Shown here: piece by piece, positions 8,742-17,770 of the stretch
Layout of the letters: every line of letters begins with the position of its first letter
How positions within the stretch are numbered: position 1 is the stretch's first letter
Assembly (NCBI GenBank): GCA_964469855.1
Contig: CAYXYW010000001.1
Coordinates: 1-41,075, forward strand
Source: an uncultured Bifidobacterium sp.
GTDB lineage: Bacteria > Actinomycetota > Actinomycetes > S36-B12 > UBA5976
Length of the DNA stretch: 41,075 nucleotides
Direction of reading: 5' to 3'
Position numbers and translations under genes: made by a program
Notes under the pieces: generated by a model
What the model was told of the DNA's origin: nothing
Database searches by the model: none
What the model saw: the letters and a program-made list of their open reading frames with translations, nothing else

Positions 8742-9743
8742 GTGAGCAAGTTAACCAATCGCAATCGCAAAGTAAAACTGACCCCGAAATCTGATTCGGC
8801 GGCGCAGCAAGTTTTAGTTGAGCAAAAAGAAGTTGAAACTGTTGTTACCGCGGTGCCACAAGTTGAAGTTGCAAAAGTTGTTGAAACTTCGATAGCGGTA
8901 GCAACAAAAGAACAGGCACCAACTGAGCCAGTAAAAGCAATTACCTATCAAACTGCGCCAAGTAAACCGGTTAAATTAAATTTTGATATTGATTCCAGAA
9001 TTGCTAAACGTGCTCTTGCTGAAGTTACTGATGAAAGTCATATCGGAAAACATGTTTCCACCGTGCCAACGACTGACCACACCGCGATTGTCACCTTCGA
9101 ATCCAAAATGCCTGGCTATCAAAATTGGAATTGGTTGGTGATGCTTTCTTGGTTAGATCCATCGCATCTAACTATTGATGAAGTGGCAATGGTGCCAACC
9201 GATGACGCCCTAATTGCACCAGCATGGATTCCCTGGTCAGAGCGAGTTCAAGCGGGTGATTTAGGAATTGGCGACGAGCTGCCATATCGTGCTGAAGATC
9301 CGGCGTTAGCGCCTGGTTATGTAGCAGCGGACGTTGAGCTGCTTGATGATCAAGAGACCCTGCGACCGTTCTGGTGGTCAATTGGTCTTGGTCGAGAGCG
9401 CGTGCTTTCCGCAACTGGCCGCGAGTTAGCGGCAGATCGCTGGTCAACAGGAGAGTTTTCGGGCAGCGCGATTATGGCCAAAATAGCGCAAGGTAAATGC
9501 AACAGCTGCGGTTACTTCAATCCACTAGCTGGCTCACTTGGTTCCGCATTTGGCGCTTGCACCAATGCCATCTCACCTGCCGATGGCAAAGTAGTTGCAG
9601 CAACTTTTGGTTGCGGTGCGCATAGTGAAACTGATGCGGCTGAAGCACCAGCAGTGCCAACGGTCGAATTAGTTTATGACGATACTTATGATCAAGGACT
9701 TAACGATGACGACGACGATAACGTCGATGCGTCAGAAAACTAA
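8742..9743 (+). CDS. DUF3027-like protein (low-complexity N-terminal half, Cys-cluster C-terminal half, poly-Asp tail)
   Basis: The ORF is 333 aa and has a GTG start 1 nt after the csp stop. The C-terminal pattern is CNSCGYFNP...FGACTN...FGCGAHSE. A position next to a long Csp is typical for DUF3027 in Actinomycetota. Confidence 0.7.
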   Translation: MSKLTNRNRKVKLTPKSDSAAQQVLVEQKEVETVVTAVPQVEVAKVVETSIAVATKEQAPTEPVKAITYQTAPSKPVKLNFDIDSRIAKRALAEVTDESHIGKHVSTVPTTDHTAIVTFESKMPGYQNWNWLVMLSWLDPSHLTIDEVAMVPTDDALIAPAWIPWSERVQAGDLGIGDELPYRAEDPALAPGYVAADVELLDDQETLRPFWWSIGLGRERVLSATGRELAADRWSTGEFSGSAIMAKIAQGKCNSCGYFNPLAGSLGSAFGACTNAISPADGKVVAATFGCGAHSETDAAEAPAVPTVELVYDDTYDQGLNDDDDDNVDASEN

Positions 9744-9894
9744 TTATTAGCACTCCAATAACCACACCAAAACTCAGTAGATTTCGATTCCAATCAATCA
9801 CGCCAACATATTGTGCGATAAGTGCAACTGCCCACAATATGGTGAATACCCAAATAGCCCCAAGGCCATCAATCTCCAGCGGATCTTTTCTCAT
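9700..9894 (-). CDS. Small two-TM membrane protein (DUF2530-like)
   Basis: The ORF is 64 aa. It has two hydrophobic helices (GAIWVFTILWAVALIAQYV and LLSFGVVIGVLIISFL) and a basic tail. Its 3' end overlaps the convergent DUF3027 gene by 44 nt. Confidence 0.45.
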   Translation of the reverse strand: MRKDPLEIDGLGAIWVFTILWAVALIAQYVGVIDWNRNLLSFGVVIGVLIISFLTHRRYRRRHR

Positions 9895-10016
9895 TGCTGC
9901 AGTTTAGTTAAAGCCAACTAGAATTCGGCTATGACCGCTCGGACCAGACGAATAATCACCCTTGTTGTGCTGGCATCATTGATTGCCGCACCATTAATTA
10001 ATGCGGTGCTCGCTGT

Positions 10017-11129
10017 TTAAAGTTGGCCGATCACGTAATCAATTGATTGCGTTAACTTTGTAACATCAGCTGGCTCAACTGCGGGGAACATCGCCACTCG
10101 GATTTGATTTCGACCTAACTTGCGATAAGGCTCAACATCTAAGATGCCATTTGCGCGCAGTGCTTTTGTTATCTGAGTGGCATCAATGCTTTCCACAAAG
10201 TCAATTGTGGCAACTACATTTGATCGCTTTGCTGGATCAGTGACAAATGGTGTAGTTAATTCGTTTGCCTCAGCCCAGCTATAAAGTCTTGCTGCCGAAT
10301 CTGCAGTGCGGTTAGCACACCAGCTAATGCCACCGTTTTGATTCATCCAATCCAGCTGCTCTGCCATCATCACAATAGTTGCAACAGCTGGCGTGTTATA
10401 GGTTTGATTTAATCGAGAGTTTTCTAGCGCAATTGCTAGATCCAAAAATGCGGGCGTCCATCTATTGCTGCTGCTGATTTGTTCAATTCGGGCAACTGCT
10501 TTGGGTGACATAATGGCAAGCCATAACCCACCATCAGAGCCAAAAGATTTTTGTGGTGCAAAGTAATAGACATCAAATTCAGTTGGCTCAACTGCTAACC
10601 CACCAGCAGCGCTAGTTGCATCAACAACTACTAAACCATCAGCATCAGGTCGCTTTATCTCAATTGCAACGCCAGTTGAAGTTTCATTATGCGGGGTGCA
10701 GTAAGTATCGATCTCAGGCTTTGGCTGAAATGTTGGGGCATCTCCTGGTTCAGCTTTAAGGATTTCTGGATCTGCTAAATGTGGCGCCGCTTTAGCACCA
10801 GATGCAAATTTCGCACCGAATTCACCAAACGATAAGAACTGGGCTTTGTCAGCAATCAGGTGAAATGTTGCTGCATCCCAAAATGCGGTAGAGCCACCAT
10901 TGCCCAGCACAACTTCATAACCATCAGGCAAGTTATAAAGCGAAGTTATACCTTCCCGCACTCGACCAACTTGTGCTTTAACTGCGTTTTGGCGATGAGA
11001 GGTTCCCAAAATTGTTTTGCTCGCTGCTTGCAGCGCCGCCACCTGCTCCGCCCGAACTTTGCTCGGGCCTGCGCCAAATCGACCATCTGCTGGCAGCAGT
11101 TCAGTTGGAATTTTGATCTCGGCGCTCAT
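10017..11129 (-). CDS. serC: Phosphoserine aminotransferase (actinobacterial SerC type)
   Basis: The start is the ATG at 11129-11127 (MSAEIKIPTELLPADGRFGAGPSKV), preceded by AGGAGA. The PLP-Lys context is FAPQKSFGSDGGLW. Length is 370 aa. The longer track ORF only adds 20 aa upstream of the RBS. Confidence 0.9.
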   Translation of the reverse strand: MSAEIKIPTELLPADGRFGAGPSKVRAEQVAALQAASKTILGTSHRQNAVKAQVGRVREGITSLYNLPDGYEVVLGNGGSTAFWDAATFHLIADKAQFLSFGEFGAKFASGAKAAPHLADPEILKAEPGDAPTFQPKPEIDTYCTPHNETSTGVAIEIKRPDADGLVVVDATSAAGGLAVEPTEFDVYYFAPQKSFGSDGGLWLAIMSPKAVARIEQISSSNRWTPAFLDLAIALENSRLNQTYNTPAVATIVMMAEQLDWMNQNGGISWCANRTADSAARLYSWAEANELTTPFVTDPAKRSNVVATIDFVESIDATQITKALRANGILDVEPYRKLGRNQIRVAMFPAVEPADVTKLTQSIDYVIGQL

Positions 11130-11201
11130 ATCTCTCCTAAATTCAGAGCCAAACTTACCCATCACCAAGCACATTTGCGCAGCAGCCACAAGAATGCTCC
11201 C

Positions 11202-11888
11202 GTGAGCGAGCAGAATTGGTTGAACGAGCTTCGAGTTAGCTATGACGTTTCTGGCTTCACTGAGTCTGATTTGTTAGCAACGCCAATGCAGCAGTTTCAA
11301 GCCTGGCTGGCGGATGCGGTTGCTCAGCAACTGCCTGAACCAAATGCCATGGTGATTGCCACCGTTGCGGAAACTGGTGCGCCGTCAACTAGAACAGTGC
11401 TGTGCAAATTAGTTGATGAACGCGGCTTTGTTTTCTTTACGAATACCAACAGCAATAAAGCGCAGCAGTTAGCACAAAACCCACAACTTGCTGCCACCTT
11501 CCTTTGGTTGTCGCTACATCGACAAGTGCATTTAGTTGGCGATGTGGAGCAAGTTTCTCGTGCTGAAGCTGATCAATACTTTGCTACTCGGGCCCGATCT
11601 TCGCAATTAGGCGCATGGGCGAGCGAGCAATCAAAACCATTATCTTCCCGAGATGAGCTGGCAGCAGCAGTTGCTGAGTATGAAGCTAAATTCGCCGATC
11701 AAGAACAAATTCCAACGCCACCATTTTGGGGCGGCTATTTGATTCGACCTAAGTACGTTGAGTTTTGGCAAGGACAGCGTTCCCGATTGCACGATCGATT
11801 TAGATTTGAGTTGGCTGACCCTGGGTTTTATGGTCGATCAGTGTTAAATCGCGCTGATGCTTGGCGTATTTCTAGGCTATCCCCGTAG
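11202..11888 (+). CDS. pdxH: Pyridoxamine/pyridoxine 5'-phosphate oxidase
   Basis: The start is the GTG at 11202 (VSEQNWLNELRVSYD...), giving 228 aa. Motifs: PNAMVIATV, FVFFTNTNSNKAQQL, EFWQGQRSRLHDRFRF, and the end ...RLSP. The track ORF's first 114 codons lie antisense to serC and are rejected. Confidence 0.9.
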   Translation: MSEQNWLNELRVSYDVSGFTESDLLATPMQQFQAWLADAVAQQLPEPNAMVIATVAETGAPSTRTVLCKLVDERGFVFFTNTNSNKAQQLAQNPQLAATFLWLSLHRQVHLVGDVEQVSRAEADQYFATRARSSQLGAWASEQSKPLSSRDELAAAVAEYEAKFADQEQIPTPPFWGGYLIRPKYVEFWQGQRSRLHDRFRFELADPGFYGRSVLNRADAWRISRLSP

Positions 11889-11913
11889 GCTAAGCCCGGA
11901 CCGAAAGGCACAG

Positions 11914-12870
11914 ATGATCGTCACTATTACGCCAAACCCATCGCTGGATTACACCTACGAACTTCCAGCAGGTGAATTCTCGCTAGGTGGCGTAATTAGG
12001 CCGCTTGCTACCAGGTGTGATGCTGGTGGCAAAGGTGTGAACGTGGCGCGCGCGCTTTCATTAAATGGTTTTCGGTCGCGTGCGGTGTTAACGCTTGGTC
12101 AAACTGAAGGCCAGCACATTTTGGATTTACTGATGCTGGAAGATCTTGATACCAGACCACTATTGGTTAAAGGTGCTTCTCGAGTAAACGTGACGTTGGT
12201 TGATGTTGCTGGAAATACCACCAAAATAAATTCGCTTGGTTCACCTATTTCACCAGGTGAATGTCGTGGTTTAGTTGCATTAGCAATTACCGCGACTGAT
12301 GAAATTGATTGGTTAGTAACTTGCGGTTCATTACCGCCAACAGTAGATAAAGGATTTCACGCCATGGCAGTTGAAGGCGGAAAATCCATTGGCGCAAAAA
12401 CTGCAGTTGACTGCACTGGTGAGCCGTTGTTGTTGGCCTGCAAAGCAGGTGTTGATTTGATTAAACCAAACGTGCATGAACTGCGGGATATTGTGAAGCG
12501 TGAGCTAACTACGCTGGGTGAAATTATTGCTGCAGCAAAAGAAGTAATTGAGATTGGGTGCAAGTCAGTTCTAGTTTCTATGGGATCGCAAGGCGCGGTT
12601 TATGTCTCTGCAACTGATGTGCTGTATGCCACCGCACCTAAAGTAAAACCACGGAGTACTTCTGGTGCTGGTGATTCATCACTAGCTGGTTTCTTATCAA
12701 AAATTGATCAGGGCTTAGATGCAGCATTGTTGGAATCAATGGCTTGGGGTGCGGCTGCAGTTGGGTTACCTGGCTCTCAGATGCCAGTTGATGCAGATAT
12801 TGCCCCGCTGCGCGGAATTAGCAAAGTGACCCGGGAGCCTGATTTATCGCTAGTTATTGTTGGTGATTAA
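11914..12870 (+). CDS. pfkB: PfkB-family hexose-phosphate kinase (1-phosphofructokinase family)
   Basis: The start is the ATG at 11914 (MIVTITPNPSLDYTYEL), giving 318 aa. GKGVNVAR is present, as is the C-terminal GAGDSSLAGF anion-hole motif. Confidence 0.8.
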   Translation: MIVTITPNPSLDYTYELPAGEFSLGGVIRPLATRCDAGGKGVNVARALSLNGFRSRAVLTLGQTEGQHILDLLMLEDLDTRPLLVKGASRVNVTLVDVAGNTTKINSLGSPISPGECRGLVALAITATDEIDWLVTCGSLPPTVDKGFHAMAVEGGKSIGAKTAVDCTGEPLLLACKAGVDLIKPNVHELRDIVKRELTTLGEIIAAAKEVIEIGCKSVLVSMGSQGAVYVSATDVLYATAPKVKPRSTSGAGDSSLAGFLSKIDQGLDAALLESMAWGAAAVGLPGSQMPVDADIAPLRGISKVTREPDLSLVIVGD

Positions 12871-14222
12871 TTCTTTTTAGTTTTTTCGTAATCTGCTAAC
12901 GCTCTGATTCGCTCCACGGCATGATCAACTATTGGCGCTGGATAATTAAATTTGTAGCCATCAGGCGCCTTCCATGGTTCATGCGCTAACTCGCCTGGTA
13001 AGTGCGCTAACTCCGGCACATACTTTCGAACGTAATCACCGGTTGGATCAAATTTAGTTCCTTGTGTGATTGGATTGAAAACTCGATAAAACGGTGATGC
13101 ATCAGTTCCGCTGCCAGCTGTCCATTGCCAACCGTGTTGATTAGAGGCAATATCGCCATCTGCTAACCATTTCATAAACCAATCCGCACCGCGTCGCCAA
13201 TCAATATGAAGATCTTTAATTAAGAAGCTTGCCACCACCATTCGCACCCGATTGTGCATCCAACCTTCGGCAAGCAGTTGTCGCATTCCGGCATCCACAA
13301 ATGGAAAGCCAGTTCTACCTTCGCACCACGCCACAAAATTCTCATCTGCTGCTATACCGGTTTCCCATGGCATTAAGTCATATTGCTTGTTTAAGTTTTC
13401 GGTAATGGTGTGTGGATTGTGATGCAGTACATCGGCATAAAACTCTCGCCAACAAATCTCTTTTTGGTACACCTCATCCTTTGCCGTTAAATCCTGCAAA
13501 ATTGTTCGTGGATGAATTTCACCAAATCGAAGCGGAATGCTTAGCCTGGAAGTACCGTTAACAAAATCAGGACGATTTCGATCATCAGCATAATTAACTA
13601 ATGTGGTGTCGCGAAACTTCTGCCACTGCGCTAATGCCGCCGCTTCTCCAGCCGCAGGTAACTGTAAATTGCCTAGATCAGGTTCGACTGGTCTGCCCTG
13701 ACATTCCAATGGCATCCACCAATTAGTGAAGTCAGGTGTTACCGCGGGTAATCGCCAACCATGCGCTACCCACGCTTTATAAAACGGAGTGAACACTCGA
13801 TATGGTGTGCCATCATCTTTTTTCACTCGCCCTGGCGCAATCGCATATGGCGATCCAGTTCTAACTAGCGGCACTGAGATTAGTTTTTCAATTTCAGCAT
13901 CTCGGGCAAATCCAGCTGGGACATAATCCGCACTGATATGAACGCTGGTTGCGTTAGCAGCTTTAATCACTTCGGGCAGCACCTTCGCTGGTTCCCCATG
14001 TCGAATTAATAAATTGCGATTAAGTGATTTGCCCAATTCGTTCAAGCTGCGAACTAAATATGCCCCGCGAACCGCACCCAGCTCTTCCCATTCGGTTGGA
14101 TCCAGAATAAACAGCGGCACCACTCTGGGGTCAGCTGATTGCTGCGCCTCCGCTATTGCGGCCAACAAGGCTGGGTTATCGGAGAGCCGAAGATCGCGGC
14201 GAAACCAGTGAATAGTGGCCAT
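12867..14222 (-). CDS. phrB: Deoxyribodipyrimidine (CPD) photolyase, cryptochrome/photolyase family
   Basis: The start is the ATG at 14222-14220 (MATIHWFRRDLRLSDNPAL), giving 451 aa. Motifs: WREFY, TGFPFVDAGMRQL, GWMHNRVRMVVASFL, WQWTAGSG. Confidence 0.93.
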   Translation of the reverse strand: MATIHWFRRDLRLSDNPALLAAIAEAQQSADPRVVPLFILDPTEWEELGAVRGAYLVRSLNELGKSLNRNLLIRHGEPAKVLPEVIKAANATSVHISADYVPAGFARDAEIEKLISVPLVRTGSPYAIAPGRVKKDDGTPYRVFTPFYKAWVAHGWRLPAVTPDFTNWWMPLECQGRPVEPDLGNLQLPAAGEAAALAQWQKFRDTTLVNYADDRNRPDFVNGTSRLSIPLRFGEIHPRTILQDLTAKDEVYQKEICWREFYADVLHHNPHTITENLNKQYDLMPWETGIAADENFVAWCEGRTGFPFVDAGMRQLLAEGWMHNRVRMVVASFLIKDLHIDWRRGADWFMKWLADGDIASNQHGWQWTAGSGTDASPFYRVFNPITQGTKFDPTGDYVRKYVPELAHLPGELAHEPWKAPDGYKFNYPAPIVDHAVERIRALADYEKTKKN

Positions 14223-14304
14223 TGGCGCACGGTAGGGGGAAATAAATCCCGCTGCCACCTGAGTTCTCTTAAGGTATTTTTAAGGTTCTGGTAGGCTCTG
14301 CCCC

Positions 14305-14877
14305 ATGCGAAAGACTCTGATTGGCTTCCTGCTGGGCGCTGCCATGGCGTTCACTACGCTGCCCGCAGCAGCTAATGATGAGGGAATTTCGCTAGATACT
14401 CAGTTGTATCAGATCTCGCCCACTGCTGAGCAGGAGCAAGAGATGGCAGCGGAGCGGCGAGCTGCCGCAGCTGCCAAGGCAGATCGCCAATTGCGCCGGG
14501 TAATTGCTAAAGGGGAGAAAGTGGTCGGCATTGCTGCCACGCTCAAAGGAGTTCGCTATCGCTTTGGTGGCAGTTCACCAAAATCTGGCTTTGATTGCTC
14601 CGGCTACACCGCTTACGTATATAACAAAATGGGAATTGAGTTACCCAGATCATCTGGCGCAATCCGCAATGTTGCCAAAAAGATCAGCAAGGAAAATCTG
14701 CGCAAGGGCGATTTAGTGTTCTGGCATTCCAGTAGCGGCCGAGTTTTCCATGTTGGGATTTATGCTGGCAGCGGCAAGGCCTGGCATGCCCCACGGCCAG
14801 GTCGAAGCGTGACGTTGCAGTCGCTATGGCTAGCTGGTGGCCGACAAACCTCATATATAACTTACGGCCGCATTTAA
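14305..14877 (+). CDS. Secreted NlpC/P60 (C40) peptidoglycan endopeptidase
   Basis: The ORF is 190 aa with a signal peptide (MRKTLIGFLLGAAMAFTTLPAAA). The catalytic Cys is in FDCSGYTAYVY and the His in VFHVGIYAG. Confidence 0.88.
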   Translation: MRKTLIGFLLGAAMAFTTLPAAANDEGISLDTQLYQISPTAEQEQEMAAERRAAAAAKADRQLRRVIAKGEKVVGIAATLKGVRYRFGGSSPKSGFDCSGYTAYVYNKMGIELPRSSGAIRNVAKKISKENLRKGDLVFWHSSSGRVFHVGIYAGSGKAWHAPRPGRSVTLQSLWLAGGRQTSYITYGRI

Positions 14878-14916
14878 TTCGCCAGCAGAATTCTGATTTC
14901 CCGCTACGGTTAGCAA

Positions 14917-16035
14917 GTGCGAATAGCAATCCCGATAGAAACTAAACCAGGCGAAGCCCGCGTTGCCATGGTGCCTGAGCTGGCTGCCAAATTAGTTAAG
15001 CAGGGATTTGAAGTTGTGCTCGAATCAGGCGCTGGCGTTAAATCTGGTTTTCCGGATGCGGCTTATCAAACAGCAGGTGCGCAGATAGCAGCAGATGCGC
15101 TACCCACAGCAGATGTGGTGCTTAGTGTGCAGCCGTTGCTAGTTTCGCAATTAAATTCACTTAAATCTGGTGCAATCACAATTTCATTTTTGCCGATTAA
15201 TGCTGCAGCAGAACAAATTCAAGCAGCTGCATCTGCAAAAGTAACTGCGTTTTCGCTCGAGTTGATTCCTCGAATATCAAGAGCGCAATCAATGGATGCG
15301 CTCACCTCGCAGGCGTTATGCGCTGGCTACAAAGCCGCTTTAGTTGGGGCTGAGTTATCGCCTAGATTCTTCCCGCTGCTAATGACAGCGGCGGGCACCG
15401 TCACTCCAGCTCAGGTGCTGGTGCTTGGTGCTGGCGTTGCTGGTTTGCAGGCCATTGCAACTGCAAAGCGGTTAGGTGCGGTGGTTTCGGCATATGACGT
15501 TAGGCCATCAAGTAAAGATGAAGTTATTTCAATGGGCGCAACATTTATTGAACTTGAACTTGAAGCATTAGAAGGTAGTGGCGGATATGCCCGGGAGATG
15601 AGCGAAGAGCGCGCCGCAAAACAACGAGAGTTGCTAACTCCATATATCTCAAAATCTGATGTTGTGATCACAACTGCTGCTGTGCCAGGTCGCCCGGCAC
15701 CTAGGTTAATTACCAAGGAAATGATGAGCGGACTCAAGAGCGGTTCGGTTGTGATTGATTTAGCAGCTGAAACTGGTGGCAACGTGGAAGGATCAGTTGC
15801 TGGCGAAATTGTTGAAGTTAATGGCGTGAAAATTTGGGGCGGAAAAGATGTGCCAAGCTCACTACCATTTCATGCCTCTCAACTTTATGCCAAGAACGTA
15901 GTCAATTTGCTTAATTTAATGATTGATCAAACGACAAATTCGCTGAATTTAAATTTTGAAGATGAAATTATTGCGGCAGCAGCAGTAACGCATGCCGGTG
16001 AGATCCGAGTTCAGCCTGCCGGAGGAACTAAATGA
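14917..16035 (+). CDS. pntAA: NAD(P) transhydrogenase subunit alpha, part 1 (dI)
   Basis: The ORF is 372 aa with a GTG start. The sequence begins MRIAIPIETKPGEARVA, has the Rossmann motif VLVLGAGVAGLQA, and shows alanine-dehydrogenase/PNT family features. Confidence 0.93.
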   Translation: MRIAIPIETKPGEARVAMVPELAAKLVKQGFEVVLESGAGVKSGFPDAAYQTAGAQIAADALPTADVVLSVQPLLVSQLNSLKSGAITISFLPINAAAEQIQAAASAKVTAFSLELIPRISRAQSMDALTSQALCAGYKAALVGAELSPRFFPLLMTAAGTVTPAQVLVLGAGVAGLQAIATAKRLGAVVSAYDVRPSSKDEVISMGATFIELELEALEGSGGYAREMSEERAAKQRELLTPYISKSDVVITTAAVPGRPAPRLITKEMMSGLKSGSVVIDLAAETGGNVEGSVAGEIVEVNGVKIWGGKDVPSSLPFHASQLYAKNVVNLLNLMIDQTTNSLNLNFEDEIIAAAAVTHAGEIRVQPAGGTK

Positions 16036-16316
16036 GTGATTTAATGGCGTTGATCTCAATTTTCGTGCTGGCAGTATTTGTTGGTTTTGAAGTAGTTTCA
16101 AAAGTATCAACCACCTTGCACACTCCGCTGATGAGTGGTGCAAACGCTATTCACGGTGTGATTTTGGTTGGTGCAATTATCGTTGCCGATCATTCAGAAA
16201 CTACGTTAGAGCTGGTGTTATCGCTGATTGCAATCGTGCTCGCCACGATAAACATGGTGGGCGGGTTTGTGGTAACCGATCGCATGCTGGAAATGTTTAA
16301 AGGAAAGAAAAAATGA
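16032..16316 (+). CDS. pntAB: NAD(P) transhydrogenase subunit alpha, part 2 (membrane dII-alpha)
   Basis: The ORF is 94 aa and hydrophobic (HTPLMSGANAIHG). It overlaps both neighbours by ATGA. Confidence 0.9.
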   Translation: MSDLMALISIFVLAVFVGFEVVSKVSTTLHTPLMSGANAIHGVILVGAIIVADHSETTLELVLSLIAIVLATINMVGGFVVTDRMLEMFKGKKK

Positions 16317-17704
16317 GCAGAGATCTATATGACCTGCTCGGGTTAATCGCCGCTGTTGCTTTTATTCTGGCGCTAAAGGGATTGTCTTCGCCGCGAACAG
16401 CTCGCCGGGGAAATTTAATTGGTGCTGGTGGAGCGCTGCTGGCAACTGTTATTGTGTTTTTCTATGTCGAGGCACCAAATCAGCTGCCTTTAAATAATTT
16501 AGGCTTAATTCTTGCTGCGATTGCAATTGGTACGGTGATTGGTGTTCCAGCAGCGCGTAAAGTTCAGATGACTCAAATGCCACAATTGGTAGCGCTATTT
16601 AATGGTGTTGGTGGCGGCGCTGCTGCATTAGTTGCCATAGTTGAGTATCTGAATTTAGGTGCCACTGCTTCACTACCAGTATTAATTGCAACAATTTTTA
16701 CTGTTGTAGTTGGTTCAGTTTCGTTCTCTGGCTCGATTGTTACATTTTTGAAGTTACAAGAGTTAATGACTACTAGACCAGTAGTTTTCCCTGGTGGCAG
16801 ATTTGTAATTGCCGCAACATTGGCAAGCATCATTGCGGTTTCTGGTTGGGTTATCGTGGCAGGTGGCACTTTGCCGCTGTTACTGCTCGGCGGCTTGTCA
16901 TTGTTATTTGGAGTGTTGTTTGTGTTGCCGGTTGGTGGCGCAGACGTTCCAATTGTTATTTCATTGCTTAATGCATTCACTGGCTTAACAGTTGCCGCAA
17001 GTGGTTATGTGTTAGAAGCAACGCTATTGATTGTGGCGGGAACATTGGTTGGCGCATCTGGCACCATCTTGACTCGATTGATGGCAGCTGCGATGGGTCG
17101 ATCCATATTTGGAATTTTGTTTGGTGCTTTTACGGCAAAAGCTACGACCGCTGATGGCAGTGCGGACGCGCGACCAGTTAAATCTGGCTCAGCTGAAGAT
17201 GTTGCAATCTTGCTTAACTATGCCAGCAGAGTGGTTTTTGTTCCTGGCTTTGGTTTGGCGGTTGCGCAAGCACAGCACACGGTGCGCGAACTTGCTGATT
17301 TGTTGACTGCAAAAGGGATTGAAGTTGCTTATGGCATTCATCCAGTTGCTGGACGTATGCCAGGACATATGAATGTGTTGCTAGCTGAAGCGAATGTTCC
17401 GTATGAGCAATTAGCTGAGATGGAAGAAGTTAATCCAACTTTTGCCCAGACTGATGTTGCGCTAGTAATTGGCGCAAATGACGTAGTTAACCCAGCTGCT
17501 AAAACCAGCCCTGGGGCACCAATTTATGGCATGCCTATTTTGGAAGTGGCAAATGCCGCAAATGTGATTTTCCTAAAGCGCTCAATGCGTCCAGGCTTCG
17601 CTGGTATTGAGAATGAGTTGCTTTATGACCCCAAGACCACTTTGCTATTTGGTGACGCCAAGGCGTCATTAACCGCAGTGGTAAGCGCACTTAAAGCACT
17701 TTAG
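16313..17704 (+). CDS. pntB: NAD(P) transhydrogenase subunit beta
   Basis: The ORF is 463 aa. The N-terminal part is polytopic membrane and the C-terminal part is the dIII domain (GYGLAVAQAQH-like FGLAVAQAQH, HPVAGRMPGHMNVLLAEA, VIGANDVVNPAA). Confidence 0.93.
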   Translation: MSRDLYDLLGLIAAVAFILALKGLSSPRTARRGNLIGAGGALLATVIVFFYVEAPNQLPLNNLGLILAAIAIGTVIGVPAARKVQMTQMPQLVALFNGVGGGAAALVAIVEYLNLGATASLPVLIATIFTVVVGSVSFSGSIVTFLKLQELMTTRPVVFPGGRFVIAATLASIIAVSGWVIVAGGTLPLLLLGGLSLLFGVLFVLPVGGADVPIVISLLNAFTGLTVAASGYVLEATLLIVAGTLVGASGTILTRLMAAAMGRSIFGILFGAFTAKATTADGSADARPVKSGSAEDVAILLNYASRVVFVPGFGLAVAQAQHTVRELADLLTAKGIEVAYGIHPVAGRMPGHMNVLLAEANVPYEQLAEMEEVNPTFAQTDVALVIGANDVVNPAAKTSPGAPIYGMPILEVANAANVIFLKRSMRPGFAGIENELLYDPKTTLLFGDAKASLTAVVSALKAL

Positions 17705-17721
17705 GTGGGGTTTTTCTTAAA

Positions 17722-17761
17722 CTGCCCTGCCTAGTTAACAATTTCTGGCAAAACAGGGCAG
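17722..17761 (+). terminator. Interrupted stem-loop between pntB and the response-regulator gene
   Basis: CTGCCCTG (17722-17729) pairs with CAGGGCAG (17754-17761). The intervening 24 nt include a GTTAAC palindrome. It could be a pnt terminator or part of the regulator's promoter/operator, and the long loop weakens the terminator reading. Confidence 0.3.
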
Positions 17762-17770
17762 AATCTAGCC

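Noticed and set aside
14223-14304. A cyclic-di-AMP (ydaO-type) riboswitch upstream of the NlpC/P60 hydrolase, as occurs in other Actinomycetota.
   Set aside because: The whole divergent gap is 82 nt, far shorter than that riboswitch class, and no extended paired structure is visible.
14886-14895. A perfect 10 nt palindrome, CAGAATTCTG, between NlpC/P60 and pntAA.
   Set aside because: It is too short to form a stable hairpin (a 3 bp stem once a loop is allowed). As a lone palindrome it is expected by chance, and there is no second copy.
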